Part shown: piece after piece, positions 50,655 through 61,530 of the stretch
Numbering within the stretch: the stretch's first letter is position 1
Layout of the letters: each line of letters begins with the position of its first letter
NCBI GenBank assembly: GCA_963826785.1
Contig: CAWGYD010000006.1
Span: 704,001 to 768,000, forward strand
DNA: 64,000 nucleotides
Source of the DNA: an uncultured delta proteobacterium
GTDB taxonomy: Bacteria > Desulfobacterota > Desulfobacteria > Desulfobacterales > Desulfosalsimonadaceae
Direction: 5' to 3'
Position numbers and translations under genes: made by a program
The notes under the pieces: generated by a model
Told to the model about the DNA's origin: nothing
Seen by the model: the letters and a program-made list of their open reading frames with translations, nothing else
Database searches by the model: none

Positions 50655-51149
50655 TCAAGACAATGCGATGCGTTGGACCGTCGGGCCGGCGGTGTCCACG
50701 AAGCAGAACCCGGGATCGCCGTCTTTTCCCAGGATTTCCCCCGGATTGAGGAGAAGGGTGGTGCCTGATGTGAGGCTTGCATGCTGGTGGGAATGGCCGA
50801 AGCAGACCAGGTCGTATTTTCCGGTGGCGGCAAGCCCCTCGGCTACGGGCCATTCATGGGTGAAGGCGATTTTAAAGCCACCGGCATCGATTTCGCCGAT
50901 GAGGGGATAAATGGTGATCCGGCCTTTGCTGGCATGCGCCGCCCGGGTCAGCAGGTAGTGATCCCCGTCATTGTTGCCGAACACGCAGTGGACGGGAACG
51001 CCGGCATCCAGCAGCTGCTTGAGTGAAAACGGGGCCACGATGTCCCCGCAGTGGATAATCATTTCCGCTTTTTCATCCCTGATTCGATCCAGTGCTTTCG
51101 ACAGGTTCCAGATGTTGTCATGGGAGTCGCTCATCACCGCAATTTTCAT
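50655..51149 (-). CDS. Metallophosphoesterase (YfcE-like)
   Basis: SDSHDN, HCGD, GNND, GHSH, NPGE. Confidence 0.92.
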   Translation of the reverse strand: MKIAVMSDSHDNIWNLSKALDRIRDEKAEMIIHCGDIVAPFSLKQLLDAGVPVHCVFGNNDGDHYLLTRAAHASKGRITIYPLIGEIDAGGFKIAFTHEWPVAEGLAATGKYDLVCFGHSHQHASLTSGTTLLLNPGEILGKDGDPGFCFVDTAGPTVQRIALS

Positions 51150-51175
51150 AGGGTTTCTCCTTTGGGGTTTACGTT

Positions 51176-54100
51176 TTAGTGCAGCAGCACCCGGCGGTTT
51201 TCCAAAAGGTGCCGGATCTGCCGGGAGAGTTCGGATATCTTGAGGGGTTTGATCATGACGCCGTCGATTGTCGCAGATTCGGTGCCGGATGAAGCCAGGC
51301 GGTCACTGAACCCGGTGCACAGGAGTACGGGAATGTCGGGGCGGATGGCTTTGATGCGTCCGGCCAGCTGATCCCCCTTCATTCCCGGCATGGTCAGATC
51401 GGTGATGACCAGGTCGAATCGGCGGGGATTGTCTTCAAACAGGGTCAACGCTTCCACGCTGCTGGTCCTTCCCGTCACCCGGTATCCCAGGTGCTCGAGA
51501 ATGTTCTTCTGCATGTCGACGATGACTTCCTCATCATCGACGACCAGTATGTTTTCATGGCCTTCGAGCGCCGTATCAGGGGGTTGGTCATCCGCGGGAC
51601 GGATAAGGGTCGGCATGCAGGGCAGATCGATCCTTACGGTTGTCCCCATTCCGGGCTCGCTGGTGACCTGGATATCGCCATGGAGGCTCTTGACAATGCC
51701 GTGGACCACCGAAAGGCCCAAACCGGTGCCTTTTGAAGCATCCTTGGTGGTGAAATAGGGATCGAAAATCCGGCCCATGTTCCCGGGCTCGATGCCGGTG
51801 CCCGTATCGGATACGGTCAGCCGTACATGATCGCCGGCCGGGCGGTGCTCGTCTGCGATCGCCTCGGGATCGATAAAGACATTTTCCAGTTTGATGGTCA
51901 GCGTGCCCCCGGCCTCTTCCATGGCATGAAAGGCGTTGGTGATCAGGTTCATCACCACCTGGTGCACCTGGGTGGGGTCTGCCATCACCGCCTTGCAGTC
52001 CCTGCAGATATCCTGCACCACGTGAATGGTCTTGGGCAGGGTGGACCGGATCAGGCTTAAGATCTCCTTGATGATGAACTGGATTTTGAGCGGCTTGCGG
52101 TCCGGCTCGGACTGCCGGCTGAAAAACATGATCTGCTGGATCAGGTCCCTGGCGCGCCGGGTGCCGTTGACGATTTCCCCCACATACTTCTGCGCGCTCG
52201 AATCGGGGGGGAGATTGGCCTGGAGCAGTTCCGCATATCCCATGATCGGCGACAGTATGTTGTTGAAGTCATGTGCGATGCCTCCGGCCAGCAGGCCGAT
52301 GGTCTCCAGTTTCTGGGCCTGCCTCAGCTGGGCTTCGGCATCCTTCTTCTGCTGCTCGGCCGCCTTGATGTCGGTGATGTCCGTTCCGGAGGACAGGGTG
52401 CCCATGGGCCTGCCCTCAGGATCATGCAGCAGGCTGTTGTACCAGCGGACCAGTCTTTTTTTGCCGCCCCGGGTGAGGACAGAATTTTCGACAAACCCGG
52501 AAGGCGCTGTCTGACCGGCCATCATTTTTTCAAATAAGCCCCGGATGCGCTCCCGCTCGTCCTCCGCCAAAAAACCATCGAACCAGTTTCTGCCCAGGAT
52601 CTCGGATTCCTCCACCTCCAGGATGTTGCATCCCTCGCGGTTGATCAGGGTGATCTCTCCTTTGGCATTGATGGCCAGAAAAATGACGCGGGCGATGTCG
52701 AGATAGCGCTGGGCCTTGTCCCGTTCCCGTATCAGCCCGGCTTCCGCGATTTTTCGGCCCGTGATGTCCACGCCGACTACCCAGGAGGTCCAACCCCGGA
52801 TGGGCACCTTATCGGCGATGTTCGTCCACGAGACCGTGCGCCGTGCGCCGTCCTTGCGGGTGATGGTGGTCTCGAAATCCTTGAAATCATTGCCCCGGGT
52901 GCGCCATGTCTCCTCTATGGCCTTAAATTCGCCCGGATCGGGGTGCAGCAGCCGCAGTGCATCGGAGCGGCCGAGAAATTCCCTGGCGGAATACCCGGTG
53001 GTGGCGTAAAATTCGACATTGCAGTAGGTGGGCCGCCGGTCCGGACCAAAGGCGACGATCAGCACGGGCATGTTGTCCACCAGCATCCGGAACCGTTCTT
53101 CGCTTTCCCGCAGCGACTGCTCCCCTGCTTCGCGCGCCGCCACCATCTGGTTGGCAAATTCTCCGATTTCCTTGAACTCCTTGAAATCCAGTTCATCCGT
53201 ATTGATCCGGGCAAATGAATCCGTGCTTTTCTGGAAGAAAGCGGTAAACGTATTGATGCTTTTCTGGATCCGCCGGGAAAAGAGGTACGTGATCAGCAGG
53301 GTCATCAGGGCAAAGGAAATAAACAGCGCCAATATGAAAAAAAGCCTGCTTTTGACCAGATCCCTGAATTCGGCCAGTTTTTCTGCAACACCCGCCTCCA
53401 TTTCATTCAAGGCGACGCCGTTGCTGACGATCCATTTCCATTCCGGAAAGGAATTCACGAAGGCCAGGTTATGGATGGGCTGCTCTTTACCTGGCTGCGG
53501 CCACTGATAGGTGAGATAACCGCCATCGGGTTTCAGCCCCTGGCGCAGCATCGATTCGTACGCGGCCATTTTTTCGGGCTGTGATGCGAACAGCTGATGA
53601 AAGTTCCGGCCGACAAACTCCGGGTTGGTGTGAAAGACGATGTTCCCCTGGTAGTCGAGAATAATAATGTGTCCGTATTGTGAAGAGTCGATGGCGGAGA
53701 TCCGGTCGATGGCTTCCGCCTTGAATTTCTTCGCCACATCATCATAGTATAGCCCGGTGCCGATGAACCAGTTGAATGGCTTGAAATATTTAATAAAGGC
53801 AATTTTCAGGTGGTTGGTTCCCTTCGTGTTCGGCTTGGTCCACCGGTACTCGTAAAATCCCTCCCCCTGTGTCCTTGCGATTTCAATCATGTCCCGGATG
53901 ACGTACCGGCCCTGAAAGTCCTTCATTTTCAGAAGATTCTGCTGTTCCAGCTCCGGGTGATCGGCAAACAGCTGCTCCACCCCGTTTAAATCCGTTGCAA
54001 AATAGTAGTCCTGGCCGTTATTGAACCGCATGGCCCGCAACGTTTCCCGGACCATGTTCTCTATGTCCCTCCGATCCATCTTTTCTTTGTATTGGTCGTA

Positions 54101-54394
54101 CAGGTGGCTGGCGACGGAATAGGCTTCATAAACCCTGTTCTTGGCTTCTTTTCTGATCTGGACATGCGACTGGGCGTTCTTGAACTCCAGGTAGGTAATT
54201 ATATTATGATTTTCGGCATGAATGGCCTTTTTCTGATCTTCGATGTATTCTTTTCGGATGTAGGCGGTTTCGGACAGGGATTTTCGGTATTCCGGATAGA
54301 TCCAGAAAAAGGCGATCAGCAGGCTCAGCGCCAGCAGGATTATCAGTGAAAAGGTGTAATTGATTCGGGCGATGCGCCTGTTTTTAAGCCACAT
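51176..54394 (-). CDS. Hybrid sensor histidine kinase (Cache, PAS, HisKA, HATPase, receiver)
   Basis: Cache motifs (YRWTKP..WFIGTG), two PAS, AHDFNNIL, GTGLGL, VITDLTMP. Confidence 0.94.
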   Translation of the reverse strand: MWLKNRRIARINYTFSLIILLALSLLIAFFWIYPEYRKSLSETAYIRKEYIEDQKKAIHAENHNIITYLEFKNAQSHVQIRKEAKNRVYEAYSVASHLYDQYKEKMDRRDIENMVRETLRAMRFNNGQDYYFATDLNGVEQLFADHPELEQQNLLKMKDFQGRYVIRDMIEIARTQGEGFYEYRWTKPNTKGTNHLKIAFIKYFKPFNWFIGTGLYYDDVAKKFKAEAIDRISAIDSSQYGHIIILDYQGNIVFHTNPEFVGRNFHQLFASQPEKMAAYESMLRQGLKPDGGYLTYQWPQPGKEQPIHNLAFVNSFPEWKWIVSNGVALNEMEAGVAEKLAEFRDLVKSRLFFILALFISFALMTLLITYLFSRRIQKSINTFTAFFQKSTDSFARINTDELDFKEFKEIGEFANQMVAAREAGEQSLRESEERFRMLVDNMPVLIVAFGPDRRPTYCNVEFYATTGYSAREFLGRSDALRLLHPDPGEFKAIEETWRTRGNDFKDFETTITRKDGARRTVSWTNIADKVPIRGWTSWVVGVDITGRKIAEAGLIRERDKAQRYLDIARVIFLAINAKGEITLINREGCNILEVEESEILGRNWFDGFLAEDERERIRGLFEKMMAGQTAPSGFVENSVLTRGGKKRLVRWYNSLLHDPEGRPMGTLSSGTDITDIKAAEQQKKDAEAQLRQAQKLETIGLLAGGIAHDFNNILSPIMGYAELLQANLPPDSSAQKYVGEIVNGTRRARDLIQQIMFFSRQSEPDRKPLKIQFIIKEILSLIRSTLPKTIHVVQDICRDCKAVMADPTQVHQVVMNLITNAFHAMEEAGGTLTIKLENVFIDPEAIADEHRPAGDHVRLTVSDTGTGIEPGNMGRIFDPYFTTKDASKGTGLGLSVVHGIVKSLHGDIQVTSEPGMGTTVRIDLPCMPTLIRPADDQPPDTALEGHENILVVDDEEVIVDMQKNILEHLGYRVTGRTSSVEALTLFEDNPRRFDLVITDLTMPGMKGDQLAGRIKAIRPDIPVLLCTGFSDRLASSGTESATIDGVMIKPLKISELSRQIRHLLENRRVLLH

Positions 54395-54601
54395 GGGGAT
54401 TTGCCTGCCAATATAAAATGAACCGGCAATGTTCGTATATGGATACAGGCTGCCGGAAAAGAACCGTGCGGAAAATATGAAATGGCCGAATGAAATACAG
54501 GCCTTTTTCGGCAAACTGGCCAAACACGACTTTGAACCATATAATAATAAGACCGTGATGCGGTAAAGCAATTTGACCCTATTTACAAGCGATTCGAGAT
54601 T

Positions 54602-55501
54602 ATGGAGCAGGAAGGCGCAAAAACTGGGGGGTATGCAGCTTCGGATCGGGGCCGGCATCTTCTGGGTGCCGCGTGCGTATTCGCATCGGCGTTTTTCTTC
54701 TATTTGGCCACCGCGGTGATCCGGTGGGGGCGGGCCGAAGTCGATATCCACCCCTCATTTTACGCCTTCTTTCGTTTTCTGCTGGGATTTGTCTTCATCT
54801 GCATGGTTTTGAAAGTGCGGGGGCAGAAACTGGCGCCCAGGCGGTACGACCTGCTGGTGGGCCGGGCCGTGTTCAACTGCCTTGCGGTGTTTTGCTTCTA
54901 CCAGGCGGTGGCCCTCACGTCACTGGCGGAAGGCAATATCCTGAACATGACCTACCCGATTTTTCTGACGGTGCTGTCCTGGTTCATCCTCAAGGATCAG
55001 CGGGATTTGATGGCCATTGTCATGGTGGCGGTGGCCATTGCCGGGGTCTGGCTGATCCTGTCGCCCGAGGAGATGCAGCCGGGGCTCAACAACCTGTGGG
55101 GGGTGGCATCGGGCGTAACCGCGGCATTTGCCATCCTGTATCTCAACATCAGCCGGCAGTACCACGACAGTGAAACCATCCTGTTTTTCATGTTCGGGCT
55201 GGGAACCATCCTGATGTATGCCTTTTTCCACCGTTGGATTTTTCTGCCCGATTCGAGGGAACTTTACTACCTGGTCATCTGCGGCCTTTACGGGATCGGG
55301 GGGCAGTACCTGCTCACCATCGGGTTCCGCTATGTCACGGCGGTGGAGGGAGGGGTGATTTCTTCCACCCGTATCCTTCTGGCCGCCGTTCTGGGCCCGG
55401 TCATCGCATCCGACCCGGCCCTGCCGCTCTCCGGCTGGATCGGCGCCCTGCTGATCTTTGCGGCCAACATTTACCTGACCCTGCGGGCGCGCAATAATTG
55501 A
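54602..55501 (+). CDS. DMT/EamA-family transporter
   Basis: About 10 hydrophobic helices in two repeats. Confidence 0.85.
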   Translation: MEQEGAKTGGYAASDRGRHLLGAACVFASAFFFYLATAVIRWGRAEVDIHPSFYAFFRFLLGFVFICMVLKVRGQKLAPRRYDLLVGRAVFNCLAVFCFYQAVALTSLAEGNILNMTYPIFLTVLSWFILKDQRDLMAIVMVAVAIAGVWLILSPEEMQPGLNNLWGVASGVTAAFAILYLNISRQYHDSETILFFMFGLGTILMYAFFHRWIFLPDSRELYYLVICGLYGIGGQYLLTIGFRYVTAVEGGVISSTRILLAAVLGPVIASDPALPLSGWIGALLIFAANIYLTLRARNN

Positions 55502-55529
55502 TGTGGGGGAGTTATGCAATAGAGAACTG

Positions 55530-55559
55530 AATCCCCCCTTGAGGGGGGCAGGGGGGTGT
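55530..55559. repeat. Single C/G-tract REP-like palindrome
   Basis: AATCCCCCCTTGAGGGGGGCAGGGGGGTGT. Confidence 0.85.
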
Positions 55560-55639
55560 GCCGCCGGTGACTGTTTAAAGTTCCTTACTGCAAAACCACT
55601 GTACGGATGGGTACGATGCTGTCATAGGGGCGATTGAAA

Positions 55640-58078
55640 TTACATGAGAAAAAAGGGATCTACGTCGATCCCCACCTGCACCTGCCGGTCCGCCCGGGTG
55701 ATATTGTGGTCGGACATCAGTTTCCGGACGAAGCGGTGAAGTGTTTCGGTATGGCCGGATTTGAGCAGGATCTGCCAACGGAAGCGGTTGGCGATTTTGG
55801 GCACGGGCGCTTCGATGGGCCCCAGGATGTCGATGCGGGAGTGGGCCTGGGGGTCTTCGGCCTTGATTTTCAGGCACCATTCGCCCATTGCCTGGGCGAA
55901 CCGGCGGGTCGCGCCCGCATCCTTTCCCGAGATCTTGAGCTGGATCATGCGGGAAAACGGGGGATAGGAAAAATCCTTCCGGATGCGGATCTCCTGGCTG
56001 TAGAAGGATTTGTAATCCTGCTTCCGGGCTGCCTGGATGCTGAAGTGGTCCGGATTATAAGTCTGAAGGATCACCCGTCCGGGCGCTTGACCGCGCCCGG
56101 CCCGGCCCGCCACCTGGGCCAGGACCTGGAAGGTGAGTTCACCGGCCCGGAAATCGGGAAAGCTCAGCGACAGGTCCGCGCAGATGATCCCCACCAGGGT
56201 GATGTGGGGAAAGTCGTGCCCCTTGGCCACCATCTGGGTGCCCACCAGAATATCGATTTCCCGGCGGCGCAAGCCTTTTAAGATTTTCACCATGGCGCCT
56301 TTCCGGGTGACGGTGTCCCGGTCCATGCGCGCAATCCGGGCATCGGGGAAAAGTTTTCCGACCGCATCCTCGATTTTTTCAGTTCCCATTCCCAGCTGCT
56401 TGATGGCGCCGGAGCCGCACACGGGGCACTGTCCGGCGGCAGGCAGGCTGAACCCGCACAGGTGACACTTGTAGGCATTGGCCTTCTGGTGCAGGGTCAG
56501 GGTGATCTCGCAGTTTCTGCATTTGATCGGATTTCCGCAGTTCGCGCATACCGGGTAGCTGGCATACCCCCGCCGGTTGAGAAACAGGAGCACCTGTTCG
56601 CCCCGGTCCAGGGTCTCTCTCATGGCGGCCTGGAGGTCGGCGGTGATGAACCGGTGCACTCCCCGGTAATCCTGGTGCAGCCGCAGGTCCACCATCTGGA
56701 TTTCGGGAAGGGTCTGGCTGTGGATGCGCCGGGTGAGGTTCAAGGGGTGAAATTTGCGGCATCCCATGTTGTAGACGGACTGCATCGACGGGGTGGCCGA
56801 TCCCAGCAGGGCCACGGCCCCTTCCTGCCGGGCGCGGATGACGGCCATGTCCCGTGCATTGTAGCGGAAGCGGCTTTCCTGCTTATACGAGGTGTCGTGC
56901 TCTTCATCCACGATGATCAGGCCGATATCGGACAGGGGGGCGAAAATGGCCGATCGGGCGCCGATGGCGATGCGGCACTCCTGGTTGATGATGCGGCGCC
57001 ACTGGTCATAGCGTTCCCCGGCGGAAAGCCCGGAGTGCAGAACGGCGATGCAGTCGCCGAAGCGCGCCCGGAAGCGCCGTTCAATTTCCGATATCAGGGC
57101 GATTTCCGGGACCAGCACCAGGGCGGATCGTCCCCGCTCCAGCGCTGCTGCGGCAAGCCGCATGTAGACTTCCGTCTTTCCGCTGCCGGTCACCCCGGCC
57201 AGCAGAAAGGTTTTAAATTCGCGCCCCAGGGACTGCAGCACCTCGGCAACCGCCCCGGCCTGTTCTTCGGTCAGTTCGGGCGGGGTGTCCGGCTCGATGG
57301 ATTCGCCGAAGGGGTCCCGGTACACCGGTCTTTCGGATAGCAAGACAAAACCCTTTTTCTCCAGGGACCGGATCAGGGAAGCGGCCCGGGGTTCGATGGA
57401 TTTGAGGCTGCTCACCGGCATCTCGCCCGACTCCCGGAGTTCGTCCATGATCCGGCGTTTTTCAGGGGAGAGCCCGTCTTCGGGGACGGCAGCGCCGGAA
57501 AGGGCCGCCCATCGCTCCGTCTTGGTCCGGGTGACCGGCTTTTTGATTTCCCGGCAACGGATCAGCAGGCCTTCTTTTTCCATCCGGCAGATCAGCGTAT
57601 GGGAGACCGGACGGTCGAGATGCCGGGAAAGATCCACCATGCGCAAGGCCTGGTCGGCAATCCGGCACAACACGGATTGGTCCGCCGAGTTTTCAGGGAT
57701 TTTGCAAAGGGCCTGCCTGCCGGCATCCGTGATATGCAGGGTGATGTACTCATCGACATTGATGCCGCCGGGGAGCGCTTCCTTGATGACCTCGCCCAGG
57801 GGGTGGAGGTAGTAATCGGCCATCCAGCGAAACAGCGGAACCATGGCCGCCGGAAAAAGGGGCGCCTCATCGATGATCTCGGCGATGGGCTTGATCCCCG
57901 GGGTATCCGGTTTGTTTACCCCGGCCAGGATGTATCCGGTCACTTTACGGCTGCCCAGGGGCACGAGCACCCGCTTTCCGATCTCCACAAATGGCTGAAG
58001 ATGTTCCGGTACGGAATAGGTGTAGGTATTGTACAGCGGAAGCGGGACGGCCGCTTCGATAAAGGCAAACTCGGTCAT
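55640..58078 (-). CDS. priA: Primosomal protein N'
   Basis: GVTGSGKTEVY, DEEHD, LNRRGY, Cys-rich Zn region, GTQMVAKG, QVAGRAGR. Confidence 0.96.
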   Translation of the reverse strand: MTEFAFIEAAVPLPLYNTYTYSVPEHLQPFVEIGKRVLVPLGSRKVTGYILAGVNKPDTPGIKPIAEIIDEAPLFPAAMVPLFRWMADYYLHPLGEVIKEALPGGINVDEYITLHITDAGRQALCKIPENSADQSVLCRIADQALRMVDLSRHLDRPVSHTLICRMEKEGLLIRCREIKKPVTRTKTERWAALSGAAVPEDGLSPEKRRIMDELRESGEMPVSSLKSIEPRAASLIRSLEKKGFVLLSERPVYRDPFGESIEPDTPPELTEEQAGAVAEVLQSLGREFKTFLLAGVTGSGKTEVYMRLAAAALERGRSALVLVPEIALISEIERRFRARFGDCIAVLHSGLSAGERYDQWRRIINQECRIAIGARSAIFAPLSDIGLIIVDEEHDTSYKQESRFRYNARDMAVIRARQEGAVALLGSATPSMQSVYNMGCRKFHPLNLTRRIHSQTLPEIQMVDLRLHQDYRGVHRFITADLQAAMRETLDRGEQVLLFLNRRGYASYPVCANCGNPIKCRNCEITLTLHQKANAYKCHLCGFSLPAAGQCPVCGSGAIKQLGMGTEKIEDAVGKLFPDARIARMDRDTVTRKGAMVKILKGLRRREIDILVGTQMVAKGHDFPHITLVGIICADLSLSFPDFRAGELTFQVLAQVAGRAGRGQAPGRVILQTYNPDHFSIQAARKQDYKSFYSQEIRIRKDFSYPPFSRMIQLKISGKDAGATRRFAQAMGEWCLKIKAEDPQAHSRIDILGPIEAPVPKIANRFRWQILLKSGHTETLHRFVRKLMSDHNITRADRQVQVGIDVDPFFLM

Positions 58079-58252
58079 ATGGCATCAGTAGATGATCTTT
58101 GAAAAAGATTCAACACAAGATGTTTTGCCTGCCCCGTTGGCGGCCGCATTTGAAAATTGGATGGATTGAGTATTGCAATCTGAATCCGATGATGTAAAAT
58201 AACCTTATTCAGAAAAAGAGTGAACGTTCGCTATTAAAAGGATGTTTTGATA

Positions 58253-59227
58253 ATGACACCCGAAGAAATCTATCCCAACCTGTTTCGCATCCAGATTCCC
58301 CTGCCGGAAAGCCCTTTAAAGTCCCTGAATGCATATCTCATCCGGGGCAATCCCCGCAGCCTGCTGGTGGACACCGGTTTGAACCGGGAGGAATGCAGAA
58401 TTGCCATGATGGAGGGGCTCCAAGCCATCGGCATCGACCTGGAGTCCTTGGATATTTTTATCACCCACCTTCATGCGGACCATTTCGGGCTGGTGGCCAA
58501 ACTTGCCACGGCGGGGACGAAAATTTATTTCAACCGGCCGGATTCGGAGCTGATCGAAAACTGGCAGGGATTTGAACCGATGATCGCCTATGGCGCCAGA
58601 AACGGGTTTCCGGAGCAGATGCTCCGGGATGCGCTCAACCAGCACCCCGGGTTTAAATACGGCTCCAAGTGGGTGCCGTTTCTGAGCATGATCAACGACG
58701 ACGATGTGCTCCAGATCGGTGATTACCGGTTCTCCTGCATCCAGACGCCGGGGCATACCCGGGGTCATACCTGCCTCTATGAGCCCGCCAGGCGGTTTCT
58801 CATCGCCGGCGACCATCTGCTTGACGACATCACCCCCAATATCCAGTGCTGGACCGAGGACGACGACCCCCTCAAAAGCTACATGGAAAGCCTGGACAAG
58901 GTGCGGCCCCTGGCAGTGGACCGGGTCCTGCCGGGGCACCGGCGGCTTTTTAACAATTACCGGGAGCGCATCGATGAGTTAAAATCCCATCATGAGCACC
59001 GGCTGGAGGAGGTAATGGATATCCTGACGGCCGATGCGCCCAAAAGCGCCTTTGAAACCGCCGCCAAAATGACCTGGGACATCAAGGCGGATTCCTGGGA
59101 GGATTTCCCCGTGGCCCAGAAGTGGTTTGCCACGGGCGAGGCCATCTCCCACCTGCGGTACCTGGAAAATCAAAACCGCATCCGCCGTGAAAAAACAGAG
59201 CCGGTGATCGCGTTCGCGCCGGCATGA
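58253..59227 (+). CDS. MBL-fold metallo-hydrolase
   Basis: THLHADHFG, TPGHT, GDH, PGH. Confidence 0.9.
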   Translation: MTPEEIYPNLFRIQIPLPESPLKSLNAYLIRGNPRSLLVDTGLNREECRIAMMEGLQAIGIDLESLDIFITHLHADHFGLVAKLATAGTKIYFNRPDSELIENWQGFEPMIAYGARNGFPEQMLRDALNQHPGFKYGSKWVPFLSMINDDDVLQIGDYRFSCIQTPGHTRGHTCLYEPARRFLIAGDHLLDDITPNIQCWTEDDDPLKSYMESLDKVRPLAVDRVLPGHRRLFNNYRERIDELKSHHEHRLEEVMDILTADAPKSAFETAAKMTWDIKADSWEDFPVAQKWFATGEAISHLRYLENQNRIRREKTEPVIAFAPA

Positions 59228-59286
59228 TACGATGCCATCAAGGCGAAATGAAGAAGAATATTAATTGACTTAGATGGATTAATCTT

Positions 59287-59985
59287 ATGCACGATGTCAT
59301 TCAACTGGCGCTGGAACGCGCCTCTTCATCTTTGTCGGAATACGAATCCAAGCGGCTGATCGCCAGTTACGGCATTCCGGTCACGCGTGAACATCTGTCC
59401 AAAAGCGCCGATGAAGCCGTGGCCTTCGCTCGGAAGATCGGCTACCCCGTGGCCGTGAAAGCCTGCGGCCCGGAACTGATGCACAAGAGCGGCACCGGGG
59501 TGATGGCCTTGCACCTGACATCCGACGAGCAGGTGCGGAAGGCCTTTAATCGCGTCCAGGCTGCGGCCCGTGTCGAACTCGACGGGGTGCTGATCCAGGA
59601 AATGGCTGCGGGCAGCCGGGAACTGGTCCTGGGACTGAGCCGTGAGCCCCAGTTCGGCCCCTGCGTCATGCTGGGGCTGGGGGGCGTGATGACCGAAATT
59701 TTAGATGATGCGGTGATCCGGGTGGCGCCATTCGATCGGGCCGAAGCCGAAGACATGCTCGACCAGCTCAGATCCAGTACGCTTTTGCAGACATTTCGGG
59801 GGGAAGCCGCAGCGGACCGGAAGGTCATCTGTGACTGCCTGATGGCACTTGGCACCATCGGGCTGGAAAACCCGGCGGTCCGGGAGATCGACATCAATCC
59901 CCTGATCATCGGCCCGACCGGCAGCGTCCGGGCGGTGGATGCCCTGGTCATCCTGGAAGGAGGCAGACATGCCGGTATCAATTAA
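59287..59985 (+). CDS. ADP-forming acyl-CoA synthetase beta (ATP-grasp) subunit
   Basis: LSEYESK, GYPVAVK, HKS, FGPCVMLGLGG, EIDINPL. Confidence 0.9.
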   Translation: MHDVIQLALERASSSLSEYESKRLIASYGIPVTREHLSKSADEAVAFARKIGYPVAVKACGPELMHKSGTGVMALHLTSDEQVRKAFNRVQAAARVELDGVLIQEMAAGSRELVLGLSREPQFGPCVMLGLGGVMTEILDDAVIRVAPFDRAEAEDMLDQLRSSTLLQTFRGEAAADRKVICDCLMALGTIGLENPAVREIDINPLIIGPTGSVRAVDALVILEGGRHAGIN

Positions 59986-61444
59986 ACAAAGTCCGCTGTA
60001 TCTGATCGCCAATCCCGGAAGTGTGACCATCTTCGGAGCGTCCAACCGTTTTACCTCCATGGGGACCAACGTGCTTTCCTCCATCCAGGCGATGGGGTTT
60101 GCGGGGGCGATTTACCCGGTTCATCCTTCTGAAGAGACGGTCAAAGGGCTCAAGGCGTACCCGTCTGCGGCCGATTTGCCGGTCATACCGGATCTGGCCA
60201 TCATCGTTCTGCCCACCGGGGTGGTCCCCGAAGCCCTGGAAGCATGCGGGAAAAAAGGAATCCGCCACGTCATCGTGGTTTCCGGCGGGTTCAAGGAGGT
60301 GGGTGGAGACGGCGTGTCCCTGGAAAAAAAGATACTGGCCATCGCCCGCCATTACGGCATCCGGTTTTTGGGGCCTAACTGCATCGGCGTGGCCAATCCC
60401 CACCACCGGTTCAACGCCACTTTTCTCCCCTGTGAGCAGGGGCCCGGATTCATCGGAATGGCATCCCAGAGCGGGAGCTTCATCACCCAGATGTTCGACT
60501 ACCTGAAACGATTCGGCCTGGGGTTTTCAACCGGGTTTTCCGTGGGCAACGAGGCGGACATCGACCTGGTGGACTGTCTGGAATACCTGGGCGCCTGTCC
60601 CCGGACCCGGGTGATCGGCATGTATATCGAGACCATCCGGCGGGGCCGGGAATTCATCGACATGGCCCGCTCCATCGTACCCCACAAGCCAATTGTCGCC
60701 TATTACGTGGGCGGTTCCGAGGCGGGGCGGAAGGCAACCTATTCCCATACGGGGGCGCTTTCCGGACCGGATCGGCTCTATGACGGCGTTTTCCGCCAGA
60801 GCGGCATCATCCGCGCCTATTCCATCGAGGAGTTGTTCGATTTCTGCTGGTCCCTGGGCGCATGCCCCGTCCCGGCGGGCAACCGGGTGATCGTGCAGAC
60901 CCATTCCGGCGGACCCGGTGCGGTAGCGGCCGACGTATGCAGCCGGGAAGGGCTGAGGCTCAATCCGGTTTCAACCAAAACCCGGAAGCGCCTGGCGCCC
61001 TATGTCCCCCTGACCGGGAGCGTCACCAACCCGGTAGACATTACCTTTTCCAAGAACAGCCTCGATTACTTCATCAAAATTCCTGAAATTCTTCTGGAAG
61101 ACGGGGATACCGATGCCCTGCTGATCTATTTTCTCATGTCCGAGCAGGGGGTGCTCCGGGCCATGGAGGCCTTCGGGCTTTCCGGTGAAAAAGCGGCGGC
61201 GGAATCCGAAAAATTCATCAAGGATCAGGCGGCCGCCATCATCGACATGATCCGGCGGCACAAGAAGCCCTGCATCGGATTTTCATTCTACAACCGGGAA
61301 AATCAATTCATCCGCATGCTTCAGGACAATGGCATCGCGGTGCTCCCTTCCCCGTCCCGGGCCGCCCGGGCCCTGGGGGCCATGGTCCGCTACACCCGGC
61401 TGAGAAACAAGATCACCTCCGGAGATCCCCAGCTGGCGGCCTGA
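59969..61444 (+). CDS. ADP-forming acyl-CoA synthetase alpha (CoA-binding) subunit
   Basis: GPNCIG, SQSG, SVGNEAD, SHTGAL (phospho-His), NPVD. Confidence 0.9.
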   Translation: MPVSIKQSPLYLIANPGSVTIFGASNRFTSMGTNVLSSIQAMGFAGAIYPVHPSEETVKGLKAYPSAADLPVIPDLAIIVLPTGVVPEALEACGKKGIRHVIVVSGGFKEVGGDGVSLEKKILAIARHYGIRFLGPNCIGVANPHHRFNATFLPCEQGPGFIGMASQSGSFITQMFDYLKRFGLGFSTGFSVGNEADIDLVDCLEYLGACPRTRVIGMYIETIRRGREFIDMARSIVPHKPIVAYYVGGSEAGRKATYSHTGALSGPDRLYDGVFRQSGIIRAYSIEELFDFCWSLGACPVPAGNRVIVQTHSGGPGAVAADVCSREGLRLNPVSTKTRKRLAPYVPLTGSVTNPVDITFSKNSLDYFIKIPEILLEDGDTDALLIYFLMSEQGVLRAMEAFGLSGEKAAAESEKFIKDQAAAIIDMIRRHKKPCIGFSFYNRENQFIRMLQDNGIAVLPSPSRAARALGAMVRYTRLRNKITSGDPQLAA

Positions 61445-61530
61445 CCGCTTTTTCGCAAAGCACGCAAAGAGAGATTGGGGGCTTTGCGGCTTTTGCGGGT
61501 AACATTCTTTTACCGGGCATGCCGGGGAAA

